From the NCBI RefSeq assembly GCF_009914755.1, contig NC_060925.1: 64,000 nucleotides of DNA, one strand, 5' to 3'. Of the stretch, positions 15,920-30,700 are shown piece after piece. A model generated the notes under the pieces. The model saw only the letters and a program-made list of their open reading frames with translations, was not told the DNA's origin and searched no databases. Source of the DNA: the human T2T-CHM13v2.0 reference genome, Homo sapiens. The first letter of the stretch is position 1; the number at the start of each line of letters is the position of its first letter. Position numbers and translations under genes: made by a program.

Positions 15920-18900
15920 GAAAGGACAGGAATGGAATGGAAAGGAATGGAATGGAATGGAATGGAATGGAATGGACTAGAATGCAATGGAATTAAATGA
16001 AATCAACCCGATTGGAATGGAATGGAATGGAATCAACTGGAAAGGAATCAAATGGAATGGAATGGAAAGGAAGGGAATGGAACGGAATCAACCCGACTGG
16101 AGTAGAATGGAATGGAATGGAAAGCAAAGAATCGAAAGGAATGGAATGCAAAGGAATCAATCTGAATGGAAAGGAATGGAATGGAATGGAATGGAATGGA
16201 ATGGAATGGAATGGAATGCTACGGAATCAACCTGAGTGGAATGGAAATAAATGGACTGGAACGGTATGGAATGGAATGGAATAGAATGGAGTCAACCACA
16301 GTGAAATGGAATGGAAAGGAATGGAATCAACCAAAGTGGAATGGAATTGAATGGAATGCACAGGAATCAAACCGAGTGGAATGGAATGGAATCAACCAAA
16401 GTGGAATGGAATGGAATGGATGCAATGGAACCAAACCAGTGGAATGGAATCGAAAGGAATGGAATGGAATGGCATGAAATGGAAAGGAATGGAATGGAAT
16501 CAACATGACTGGCATGGAATGGAATGGAAAGGAATGGAATGGAATGGAATGGAATGGTATGGAATCAGCCTGAGGGGAAAGGAATGGAATGGAATGGAAT
16601 GAAATGGAATGGAATAGAATGGAACGGAATCAGCCTGAGAAGAATGGAATGGAATGAAATGGAATGGAATGGAATCAACGAGAGTGGAACTGAATGGAAT
16701 GGAATGGATTGGAATGGAATGGAAGGCAGCAGAAACAGCAGGAACAGAATTTAATGAAAAGGAATGGAATGGAATGGAACGGAATCAACCTGAGTGGAAT
16801 GGAATCGAATGGAATGGAATGCAATGGAATGGAATGGAATCAACCCTAGTGGAATGGAATGGAATGGAATGGAATGGAATGGAATGCAATGGAACGGAAT
16901 GGTATCAACCTGAGTGGAATGGAATGGAATGGAATGAAATGGAATGGAATGGAAAATAACGGAATGGAATGGAAACAACCCGAATGGAATGGAATGCAAT
17001 GGAATGGAATGGAATGAAATGGAATGGAATGGAATGGAATTCAATGGAATGGAAACAACCCGAGTGAAATGGCACGGAATGGAAAGGACTTGAATGTAAT
17101 GGAAAGGATTGGAATCAACCCGATTAGAAAGCAATTGCATGGAACGGAATAGAATGGAATTGAACGGAATGGAATGGAATGGAATGGAATGGAATGGAAT
17201 GGAATGGAATGGAATGGAAAGGAATGGAATGGAATGGAAGGGAATGGAATGGAATGGAATCAACTGGAATGGAATGGAAGGAATGGAAGCAACAAGAAAT
17301 GGCACGGAATGGAATGGATTGGAATGGAATCGAATAAACTGGAATGCTATGGAATGAAATCAAGCCGAGTGGAACGGAATGGAATGGAATGGAATGGAAT
17401 GGAATAGAATGGAACGGAATCAGCCTGAGAAGAATGGAATGGAATGAAATGGAATGGAATGGAATCAACGAGAGTGGAACTGAATGGAATGGAATGGATT
17501 GGAATGGAATGGAAGGCAGCAGAAACAGCAGGAACAGAATTTAATGAAATGGAATGGAATGGAATGGAACGGAATCAACCTGAGTGGAATGGAATGGAAT
17601 GGAATGGAATGCAATGGAATGGAATGGAATCAACCCGAGTGGAATGGAATGGAATGGAATGGAACGGAACGAAACGGAATGAACCCGAGTAGAATAGAAT
17701 ACAATGGAATGGAATGGAATGGAATCAACCCGAGTGGAATGGAATGGAATGGAATGGAATAAACACGAATGGAATGGAATGGAATTTAATGGAATGGAAT
17801 GGAATGGAATGGAATGGAATGGAATGGAATGGAATCAACCCGACTGGAATGGAAAGGAATGCAATCATCCCGAGTGGAATGGAATTTAATGGAATGGAAT
17901 GGAATACAATGGAATGGAATGGAATGGAAGGCATTAGAATCAACTGGAATGGAATGGAATGAAATGGAATGGAATGGAATGGAATGGAATGGAATGGAAT
18001 GGAATGGAATGGAATCAACCCCAGTGGAATGGAGTGGAATGGAATGGATTATAATGGAATGGAAAAGAATCAATCCAGGTGGAATGGAATGGAATGGAAT
18101 GGAGTGGAATGGAATGGAATAGAATGGAACGGAATGGAATGGAGTCAACCCAAATGGAATGGAACGTAATGGAATGGAAAGGAATGGAAAGGAATGGAAA
18201 GGAATGGAATGGAATGGAATCAAACCGAATGGACTGGAATGGAATGGAATGGAATGGAATGGAATCAACTCAAGTGGAATTGAAATGAATGGAATGGAAC
18301 GGAAAGGAATGTAATGGAATGGAATGGAATCCATCCACGTGGAATGGAATGGAATGGAATGCAAAGGAATCAACCCGAGTGAATGGAATGGAAATGAATG
18401 GAATGGAATGGAAAGGAATGGAATGGAATGAACCCGAATGGAATGGAATGGAATGACATGGAGTGGAATGGAAAGGAATTGAGAGGAATGGAATGTAATG
18501 GAATCAACCCGAGTGGAATTGAATGGAATGGAATGGAATGGAAAGGAATGGGATAGAATGGAATGGAATCAACTCGAGTGGAAAGGAATGGAATGGAAAG
18601 GAATGGAATGGAATGGAAAGGAATGGAATGCAATGGAATGCACGGGTATGGCAAGGAGTCAATATGAGTGGAATGGAATGGAATGGAATTGAATGCAATG
18701 GTATGGAATGGAATGGAATAAACACCAGCGGAATGGAATGGAATGGAATGGAATGGAATGGAATGGAATGGAATGGAAAGGACAGGAATGGAATGGAAAG
18801 GAATGGAATGGAATGGAATGGAATGGACTAGAGTGCAATGGAATTAAATGAAATCAACCCGATTGGAATGGAATGGAATGGAATCAACTGGAAAAGAATC

Positions 18901-19900
18901 AAATGGAATGGAATGGAATGGAAGGGAATGGAACGGAATCAACCCGACTGGAATAGAATGGAATGGAATGGAATGCAAAGAATCGAAAGGAATGGAATGC
19001 AAAGGAATCAACCCGAATGGACAGGAATGGAATGGAATTGAATGGAATGGAATGGAATGGAATGGAATGGAATGGAGTGGTATGGAATCAGCCCGAGTGG
19101 AAAGGAATGGAATGGAATGGAATGAAATGGAATGGAATAGAATGGAACGGAATCAGCCTGAGAAGAATGGAATGGAATGAAATGGAATGGAATGGAATCA
19201 ACCAGAGTGGAACGGAATGGAATGGAATGGATTGGAATGGAATGGAAGGCAGTAGAAACAGGAGGAACAGAATTTAATGAAATGGAATGGAATGGAATGG
19301 AACGGAATCAACCTGAGTGGAATGGAATGGAATGGAATGGAATGCAATGGAATGGAATGGAATCAACCCTAGTGGAATGGAATGGAATGGAATGGAATGG
19401 AATGCAATGGAACGGAATGGAATCAACCTGAGTGGAATGGAATGGAATGGAATGGAATGGAAAATAATGGAATGGAATGGAAACAACCCGAATGGAATGA
19501 AATGCAATGGAATGGAATGGAATGAAATGGAATGGAATGGAATTCAACGGAATGGAAACAACCCGAGTGAAATGGCATGGAATGGAAAGGACTTGAATGT
19601 AATGGAAAGGATTGGAATCAAACCAATTAGAAAGCAATTGCATGGAACGGAATGGAATGGAATTGAACGGAATGGAATGGAATGGAATGGAATGGAATGG
19701 AATGGAATGGAATGGAATGGAATAGAATGGAATGGAAAGGAATGGAATGGAATGGAATGGAATGGAAGGGAATGGAATGGAATGGAATCAACTGGAATGG
19801 AATGGAAGGGAATGGAAGCAACAAGAAATGGCACGGAATGGAATGGATTGGAATGGAATCGAATGAACTGGAATGTTATGGAATGAAATCAAGCCAAGTG
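15920..19900 (+). repeat. Block copy: about 15.9-17.4 kb repeated at about 18.8-19.9 kb, plus an internal 790-bp-offset repeat
   Basis: GGAAGGCAG(C/T)AGAAACAG(C/G)AGG at 16721, 17511 and 19244. AACAAGAAATGGCACGG at 17291/19820. Confidence 0.82.
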
Positions 19901-22900
19901 GAACGGAATGGAACGGAATGGAATGGAATGGAATGGAATGGAATGCAATGGAATGGAATGGAATGGAACCAACTGGAAAGGAATGAAATGGAATGGAATG
20001 GAGTGGAATGGAATGGAATGGAATGGAATGGAATGGAATCAACCCGAGTGGAATGGAATGGAATGGAACGGAATGCAATCAACCCGAGTGGAATGGAATA
20101 AAATGGAATGGAATGGAATGGACTCAACCCGAGTGGAACGGAATGAAATCGGATGGAATGGAATTGAATGGAATGGAAAGGAATTGAATGGAATCAACAA
20201 GATTGGAATGGAATGAATGCAATGGAATGGAATAGAATGTAATGTAATGGAATGGAATGGAATCAACACGAGTGGAAGGGAATGGAATTGAGTGGAATGG
20301 AATGGATTGGAATCCACCCATGTGGAATGGAATGGAATGGACTGGAATGGAATGGAGTAGAATGGAAAGGAATGGAATGGAATGGAATGGAATGCAATGG
20401 AATGGAAAGGAATGGAATGGAATGCAATTTAATTAAATAGAATGGAATCAACGAGAGTGGAATGGACTGGAATGGATTGGAATGGAAAGGAATGGAGTGG
20501 AATCACCCCGATTGAAATGGAATGGAATGGGATGGAATGGAATGGAATGGAAAGGACTGGAATCAACCTGAGTGGAATGGAATGGAATGGAATGGATTCA
20601 ACACGAATGGAATGGAATGGAATGGAATGGAATGGAATGGAATGGAATGGAAAGGAATTGAATGGAATGGAATCAACCTAAGTGGAATGGACTGGAATGG
20701 AATGGAATACAATGGAATGGAATGGAATGGAATGGAATCAGCTGCAGTGGAATGGAATGGAATGGGATGGAATGGAATGTATAGGAAAGGAATGGAAAGG
20801 AATATAATGGAGTGGAATCAACACGAGTGGAATGGAATGGAATCAAATTGAATGGAATGGAAGGAAAGGAATGCAATGGAATGGAATCAACCTCAGTGGA
20901 ATATAAAGGAATGAAATGAAATGGAATGGAATGGAATGGAATGGAATGGAATGGAATGGATTGCAATGGAATGGAATGGAATGGAGTGGAATGGAATGGT
21001 TTGGAATGGGATGGAATCAAACCGAGTGGAACGGATTGGAATGGAGTGCAATGGAATTGAACGGCATGGAATGATATGGAATCAACTAGAATGGAATGGA
21101 ATGGGATGGATTGGAATGGAATCGAACGGAGTCAACCTGAGTGGAATGGAATGGAATGAATGGAAAGGAATGGAATGGAAATTAATGGAATGTAATGGAA
21201 AGGAAACAACCCGAGTGGAACGGAATGCAAAGCAATGCAATGGAATGGAATTGAATTCAATGTAATTTAAAAAAACCGAGTGGAATGTAATGTAATGGAA
21301 AGGACTGGAATGTAATGGAATGGATTGGAATCAACCCGATTCCAATGCAATGGAATGGAATGGAATGGAATGGAATGGAATGGAATGGAATGGAAAGGAA
21401 TGGAATGGAATGGAAGGGAATGGAATGGAATGGAATGGAAAGGAATGGAATGAACTGGAATGGAAAGGAATGGAATTTAATGGAATGGAATGGAATGGAA
21501 TCAACCCGAGTGGAGTGGAATGGATTGAAATGGAAATGAATGGAATGGAATGGAATGGAATGGAAACTAATGGAATGAAATGCAAACAACCCGAGTGGAA
21601 TGGAATGCAATGGAATGGAATGGAATGGAATGGAATGGAATGGAATGGAATGGAATGGAATGCAATGGAATTCAACGGAATGGAAACACGCCGAGTGAAA
21701 TGGCATGGAATGTAAAGGACTTGAATGTAATGGAATGGATTGGAATCAACCCGATTAGAAAGCAATGGAATGGAATGGAATGGAATGGAATGGAATGGAA
21801 TGGAATGGAATGGAATGGAAAGAAATGGAATGGAATCTATTGAAAGGGATTAGAATGGAATGGAATGGATTAGAATGGAATGGAATGGAATGAAATCAAC
21901 CTGATTGGAATGGAATGGAATGAAATGGAATGGAATGGAAGGGAATGGAATGGAATGGAATGGAATGGAAAGGAAAGGAATGGAATGGAATGAAAGGGAT
22001 TGGAATGGAATGGAATGGATTAGAATGGAATGGAATGGAATGAAATCAACCTGTTGGAATGGAATGGGATGCAGTGTAATGGAATGGAATCAACTGGAAA
22101 GGAATGAAATGCAATGGAATGGAATGGAATGGAACGGAATCAACCCGAGTGGAATGCAATGGAATGGAATGGAATGGAATGAAATGAAATCAACCCGAGT
22201 GGAATGGATTGCAATGGAGTGGAATGGAATGGAATGGCATGGAATGCAATGGAATCAACTAGAATGGAATGGAATTGAATGGATTGGAATGGAATCGAAC
22301 GGAATCAACCTGAGTGGAATGGAATGGAATGGAATCGAATGAATGGAATAGAATGGAATGGAAAGTAATGGAATGGGATGGAAAGGAAACAAACCGAGTG
22401 GAATGGAATGCAATGGAATGCAATGGAATGCCATGGAATGGAATTCAACGTAATGGAAACAAACCGAGTGGAATGGAATGGAATGGAAAAGTCTGTAATG
22501 TAATGGAATGGATTGGAATCAACACGATTCCAATGCAACGGAATGGAATGGAATGGAATGGAATTGAATGGTAGGGAATGGAATGCAATGGAAAGGAATG
22601 GAAAGAACTGGAATGGAATGGAATGGAATGGAATTTAATGGAATGGAATGGAATGGAATCAACGCGAGTGGAGTCGAATGGAATTGAAAGAATATTAATA
22701 GAATGGAATGGAATGGAATGGAATGGAATGGAATGGAATGAAATGGAATGCAATGGAATGGAACAGAATGAACCCGAGTGGAATGGAATGGAATGGAAAG
22801 GCACGGAATGGAATGGAATGGAATGCAATGGAATCAACCTGAGTGGAATGGAATGGAATGGAATCAACACGAGTGGAATTGAATGGAGTGGAATGCAATG

Positions 22901-24799
22901 GAATGGAATGGAGTGGAAGGCATTAGAATCAACTGCAATGGAATGGAATGGAATGGAATGGAATGGAATGGAATGGAATGGCATGGAATGGAATGGCATG
23001 GAATGGAATCAACCCCAGTGGAATGGAATGCATTACAATGGAATGGAAAGGAATCAATCCGGGTGGAATTGAATAGAATGGAATGGATTATAATGGAATG
23101 GAATGGAATCAATCCGGGTGGAATTTAATAGAATGGAATGGATTATAATGGAATGGAATGGAATCAATCCGGGTGGAATGGAATGGAATGGAATGGAATG
23201 GAACGGAATGGAATGGAATCAACTCACGTGGAATGGAATGGAATGGAATGCAATGGAATCAACCCGAGTGAATGGAATGGAAATGAATGGAATGGAATGG
23301 AAAGGAATGGAATGGAATCAACCCGAGTGGAATGGAATGGAAAGAAATGGAGTGGAATGGAAAGGAATTGAGTGGAATGGAAAGTAATGGAATCATCCCG
23401 AGTGTAATGGAATGGAATGGAATGGAATGGAAAAGAATGGGATAAATACGAGTGGAATGGAATGGAATGGAATGGAATGAAATGGAGTAGAATGGAATGG
23501 AATCAACTCGAGTGGAAAGGAATGGAATGGAAAGGAATGGAATGGAATGGAAAGGAATGGAATGCAATGGAATGCACGGGTATGGAATTGAGTCAATCCG
23601 AGTGGAATGGAATGGAATGGAATTGAATGCAATGGAATGGAATGGAATGCGATGGAATGGAGTGTAATGGAATAAACACCAGTGGAATGGAATGGAATTG
23701 AATGGAATGGTATGGAAAGGACAGGAATGGAATGGAAAGGAATGGAATGGAATGGAATGGAATGGAATGGACTAGAGTGGAATGGAATTAAATGAAATCA
23801 ACCCGATTGGAAAGGAATGGAATGGAATCAACTGGAAAGGAATCAAATGGAATGGAATGGAATGGAATGGAATGGAATCAACCCGACTGGAATGCAATGG
23901 AATGGAATGGAATGGAATGGAATGGAATTGAATGTAATGGAATGAAATGGAATGGAATGAAATCAACCCGCGTAGAATGGATTGGAATGGAGTGGAATGG
24001 AATGGAACGGCATGGAATGCAATGGAATCAACTAGAATGGAATGGAATTGAATGGATTGGAATGGAATCGAACGGAATCAACCTGAGTGGAATGGAATGG
24101 AATGGAATCGAATGAATGGAATAGAATGGAATGGAAACTAATGGAATGGGATGGAAAGGAAACAAACCGAGTGGAATGGAATGCAATGGAATGCAAAGGA
24201 ATGACCTGGAATGGAATTCAATGTAATGGAAATAAAACGAGTGGAATGGAATGGAATGGAAAGGGCTGGAATGTAATGGAATGGATTGGAATCAACACGA
24301 TTCCAATGCAACGGAATGGAATGGAATGGAATGGAATGGTAGGGAATGGAATGCAATGGAAAGGAATGGAAAGAACTGGAATGGAATGGAATGGAATGGA
24401 ATTTAATGGAATGGAATGGAATGGAATCAACGCGAGTGGAGTCGAATGGAATTGAAAGAAAATTAATAGAATGGAATGGAATGGAATGGAATGGAATGGA
24501 ATGGAATGGAATGAACACGAGTGGAATGCAATGGGATGGAATGCAATGGATTGGAATGGAATGGAATGGAATCAACCAGAATGGAATAGAATGGAATGGA
24601 ATGGAGTGGAATGGAATGGAATGGAATGGAATGGAATGGAATGGAATAGAATAGAATGGAAAAGAACGCAATTTAATGGAATGGAATGGAATGGAATCAA
24701 CCCAAATGAAATGGAATGGAATCGAATGGAATGGAATGGAAACAACCCGAGTGGAATGGAATGGAATGGAATGGAATGGAATGGAATGGAATGGAATCA

Positions 24800-27700
24800 A
24801 CCCCAGTGGAATGCAATGGAATGGAATGGAATGGAATGGAATGGTATGGAATGGAATGGAATGGAATGGAATGGAATGGAATGGAAATAAATCATCCCGA
24901 GTGGAATGGAATGGAACGGTATGGAATGCAATGAAATCAACTACAATGGAATGGAATGGAATGGAATCAAACGGAATCAACCTGAGTGAAATGGAAAGGA
25001 ATGGAATGGAATGAATGGAATGGAATGGAATGTAAACTAATGGAATGTAATGGAAAGGAAACAAACCCAGTGGATTAGAAAGCAATGGAATGCAATGCAA
25101 TGGAATGGAATGGAATGGAATTCAATGTAATGGAAGCAAACCGAGTGGAATGGAATGGAATGTAAAGGACAGGAATGTAGTGGAATGGAATAAACAAGAG
25201 TGAAATGGAATGGAATGGAATGGAATGGAATGGAATAGAATGGAGTGGAAACAACTCGAGTGGAAAGGAATGGAATGGAAAGGAATGGAATGGAAAGGAA
25301 AGGAATGGAATGCAATGGAATGCAATGGTATGGAATGGATTCAACCCGAGTGGAATGGAATGGAATGGAAAGGAATAAACACCAGTGGAATGAAATGGAA
25401 TGGAAGGGAATGGAATCGAATGGAATGGAATCAACCAGAGTGGAATGCAATGGAATGGAATGAAATGGAATGGAATGATATCAACCCGAATGGAATGTAT
25501 TGGAATAGAGTGGAATGGAATTGAACAGCATGGAATGCAATGGAATCAACTAGAATTGAATGGACAGGAATGGAATGGAATGGAATGGAATGGAATGGAA
25601 TGGAGTGGAATGGAATAGAATGGAATGGAAAGGAATGGAATAGAATGGAAACAACCCGAGTGGAATTCAATGGAATGGAATGGAATGGAACGGAATCAAC
25701 CCGAGTGGAATGGAATGGAATGGAATGGAATGGAATGGAATGAAATCAACCCGCGTTGCAGGAAATGGAATGCAATTGAATGGAATGGAATGGAATGGAA
25801 TGGAATGAAATCAACCCGAGTTGAATGGAATGGAATGGAATGGAATGGAATGGAATGGAATGGAATCAACGTGAGTAGAATGCAATGGAATGGAATGGAA
25901 TGGAATAAACCAGAGTGGAATGGAATGGAATGGAATGGAATGGAATGGAATAGAATGGAGTGGAAGCAACTCCAGTGGAAAGGAATGGAATGGAAAGGAA
26001 TGGAATGGAAAAGAAAGGAATGGCATGGAATGGAATGCAATGGTATGGAATGGATTAAACCCGAGTGGAATGGAATGGAATGGAAAGGAATAAACACCAG
26101 TGGAATAGAATGGAATGGAAGGGAATGGAATGGAATGGAATGGAATCAACCAGAGTGGAATGCAATGGAATGGAATGAAATGGAATGGAATGATATCAAC
26201 CCGAATGGAATGTATTGGAATAGAGTGGAATGGAATGGAACGGCATGGAATGCAATGGAATCAACTAGAATGGAATGGACAGGAATGGAATGGAAAGGAA
26301 TGGAATGGAATGGAATGGAATGGAATGGAATGGAGTGGAATGGAATAGAATGGAATGGAATGGAATGAAATCAACCCGATTGGAATGGAATGGAATGCAA
26401 TGGAATGCAATGGAATCATCTGGAAAGGAATCCAATGGAACGGAATGGAATGGAATGGAATGGAAAGGAATGGAATGGAATCAACCCGAGTGGAATGCAA
26501 AGGAATGGAATGCAATGGAATGGAATGGAATGGAATGGAATGCAATGGAATGGAATGGAATGGAATGGAATCAACCCGAGTGGAATGCAATGGAATGGAA
26601 TGGAATGGAATGGAATGGAATGGAATCAACCCGAGTGGAATGGATTGGAATGGAGTGGAATGGAATTGAACACCATGGAATGCAATGGAATCAACTAGAA
26701 TGGAATGGAATTGAGTGGATTGGAATGGAATCGAATGGAATCAACCTGAGTGGAATGGAGTGGAATGGAATGGAATGAATGGAATGCAATGGAATGCATA
26801 CTAATGGAATGGAATGTAAAGGAAACAACCCGAGTGGAATAGAATGCAATGGAATGGAATGGAATGCAATGGAATTCAATGTAATGGAAACAAACCGAGT
26901 GGAATGTAATGGAATGTAAAGGACTGGACGGTAATGGAATGGATTGGAATCAACCCGATTCCAATGGAATGGAATGGAATGGAATGGAATGGAATGGAAT
27001 GGAATGGAATAGAATGGAATGGAATCAACTCGAGTGGAAAGGAATGGAATGGAAAGGAATGGAATTGAAAGGAAAGGAATGGAATGCAATGTTATGCAAA
27101 GGTATGTAATGGAGTCAACCCGAGTGGAATGCAATGGAATGGAATGGAATGAAAATGAATGGAATGCAATGCAATGGAATGGAGTGGAATGGAATAAAAA
27201 CCAGTGGAAGGGAATGCAATGGAATGGAGCAGACTGGAATGAACACCAGTGGAAAGGAATGGAATGGAATGGAATGGAATGGAATGGAATGGAATGGACT
27301 AGAATGGAAAGGAATGGAATGAAACAAACCGATTAGAATGGAATAGAATTCAATGGAATGAAATGGAATCAACTGGAAAGGAATGAAATGGAATGGAATG
27401 GAATCAAACCGAGTGGAATGGATTGGAATAGAGTGGAATGGAATGGAATGGAATTAAACTGAGTGGAATGGAATGGAATGGAATGCAATGGAATGTAATG
27501 GAGTGGAAGGCATTAGAATCAACGGGAATGGAATGGAATGTAATGGAATGGAGTGGAATCAAACTGAGTGAAATGGAATGGAATGGAATGCAATGGAATG
27601 TAATGGAGTGGAAGGCATTAGAATCAACGGGAATGGAATGGAATGTAATGGAATGGAATGGAATAAACCACAGTGGAATGGAATGGAATGGAATGGATTA

Positions 27701-30700
27701 TAATGGAATGGAATGGAATCAATCCGGGTGGAATTGAATGGAATGGAATGGAATCAACTCGAGTGGAGTGAAATGTAATGTATTGTAATGGAATGGAATG
27801 GAATGCAACGGAATGGAATGGAATGGAATGGAATAGAATGGAATAAATTCGAGTGCAATGTAAAGGTATAGAATGGAATAGAATGGAATGGAATGGAATG
27901 GAGTCAACCATAGTGGAATGGAATAGAATGGAATGTAACGGCATGGAATGAAATGGAATGGAGTGGATTTAACGCAGGTGGAATGGAATGGAATGGAATG
28001 GAATGTAGCAGCATGGAATGGAAAGGAATGGAGTGCAATAAATCCGAGTGGAGTGGAATGGAATGGAATGGAATGGAACGGAATGGAATAAACACGAGTG
28101 GAATGGAATGGAATGGAATGGAAGAGAATGGAATGGAATGAAATCAACCCGAGTGGAATGGAATGGATAGGAATGGAATGGAATCAACCCGAGTGCAATG
28201 GAATGGAATAGAATGGATTGGAATGGAGTGGAATTCAATGGGATAAACACGAGTGGAATGGAATGGAATGGAATGGAATGGAATAGAATGGAATGGAATC
28301 AACTCGAATGGAAAGGAATGGAATGGAAAGGAATGGAATGCAATGGAATGCAGTTGTATGGAATGGAGTCAAACCGAGTGGAATGGAATGGAATTGAATG
28401 GAATGCAATGGAATGGAATGGAATGGAATGGAATGGAATGGAATGGAATCAATGGAATGGAGTGGAATGGAATGAACACCAGTGGAATGGAATGGAATGG
28501 AATGGAATGGAATGGAATGGAATGGAATGGAATGGAATGGAATGGATTAGAATGAAATGGTATGTAATGAAAACAACCCGATTGGAATGGAATGGAATGC
28601 AATGGAATGGAATCAACTGGAAAGAAATGAAATGGATTTGAATGGAATGGAATGGAATGAAATGGAATGGAATGGAATGGAATGGTATGGAATTGAATGC
28701 AATCAACCCGAGTGGAATGCAATGGAATGGAATGGAATGGAAAAAAATCATCCCGAGTGGAATGGATTGGAATGGAGTGGAAAGGAATCGAACGGCATGG
28801 AGTGCAATGGAATCAACTACAATGGAATGGAATGGAATGGAATCAAACGGAATCAACCTGAGTGAAATGGAAAGGAATGGAATGGAAGGAATGGAATGGA
28901 ATGGAATGAAAACTAATGGAATGGAATGGAAAGGAAACAACCCCAGTGGAATAGAAAGCAATGGAATGCAATGGAATGGAATGGAATGGAATGGAATTAA
29001 ATGTAATGGAAGCAAACCGAGTGGAATGGAATGGAATGTAAAGGACAGGAATGGATTGGAATCAATCCGATTAAAATGCAACGGAACGGAATGGAATGGA
29101 ATGGAAGGGAATGGAATTCAATGCAAAGGAAGGGAATGAACGGGAATGGAATGGAATGGAATGGAAATGAACGGAATGGAATGGAGTGGAAAGGAATGGA
29201 ATGAAACAGAACGGAATGAACCTGTGTGGAATGGAATGGAATGGAATGGAAAGGAATGAACACGAGTGGAATGGAATGGAATGGAATGCAATGGATTGGA
29301 ATGGAATGGAATGGAATCAACCCGAATGGAATAGAATGGAATGGAATGTAGTGCAATGGAATGGAATGGAATGGAATGGAATGGAATATAATGGAATATA
29401 ATGGAACAGAACTGAATTTAATGGAATGCAATGGAATGGAATCAACCCGAATGAAATGGAATGGAATGGAATGGAATGGAATCAACCCGAGTGGAATGGA
29501 ATGGAATGGAATGGAATGGAATGGAATGGAAATAAATCATCCCGAGTGGAATGGGTTGTAATGGAGTGGAATGGAATGGAACGTCATGGAATGCAATGGA
29601 ATCAACTACAATGGAATGGAATGGAATGGAATCAAACGGAATCAACCTGAGTGAAATGGAAAGGAATTGAATGGAATGAATGGAATGGAATGGAATGGAA
29701 ACTAATGGAATGGAATGGAAAGGAAACAAACCCAGTGGAATAGAAAGCAATGGAATGCAGTGCAATGGAATGGAATGGAATGGAATTCAATGTAATGGAA
29801 GCAAACCGAGTGGAATGGAATGGAATGTAAAGGACAGGAATGTAGTGGAATGGATTGGAATCAACCCGATTCCAATGCAACGGAACGGAATGGAGTGGAA
29901 TGGAAGGGAATGGAATTCAATGCAAAGGAATGGAATGTACTGGAATGGAATGGAATGGAATGGAATGGAAAGGAATGGAATAGAATGGAATGGAAAGGAA
30001 TGGAATGGAATGGAAACAACCCGAGTGGAATGCAATGGAATGGAATGGAATGGAACGGAATCAACCCGAGTGGAATGGAATGGAATGGAATGGAATGGAA
30101 TAGAATGGAATGAAATCAACCCGCGTTGCAAGGAATGGAATGCAATGGAATGGAATGGAATGGAATGGAATGGAATGGAATGGAATGGAATGAAATCTAC
30201 CCGAGTGGAATGGAATGGAATGGAAAGGAATGGAATGGAATGGAATGGAATGGAATGGAATGGAATGGAATCAACGCGAGTGGAATGCAATGGAATGGAA
30301 TGGAATGGAATGGAATGGAATGGAATAAACAAGAGTGGAATGGAATGGAATGGAATGGAATGGAATAGAATGGAGTGGAAACAACTCGAGTGGAAAGGAA
30401 TGGAATGGAAAGGAATGGAATGGAAAGGAATGGAATGCAAAGGAAAAGAATGGAATGCAATGGAATGCAATGGTATGGAATGGATTAAACCCGAGTGGAA
30501 TGGAATGGAATGGAAAGGAATAAACACCAGTGGAATGGAATGGAATGGAAGGGAATGGAATGGAATGGAATGGAATCAACCAGAGTGGAATGCAATAGAA
30601 TGGAATGAAATGGAATGGAATGATATCAACCCGAATGGAATGTATTGGAATAGAGTGGAATGGAATGGAACGGCATGGAATGCAATGGAATAAACTAGAA

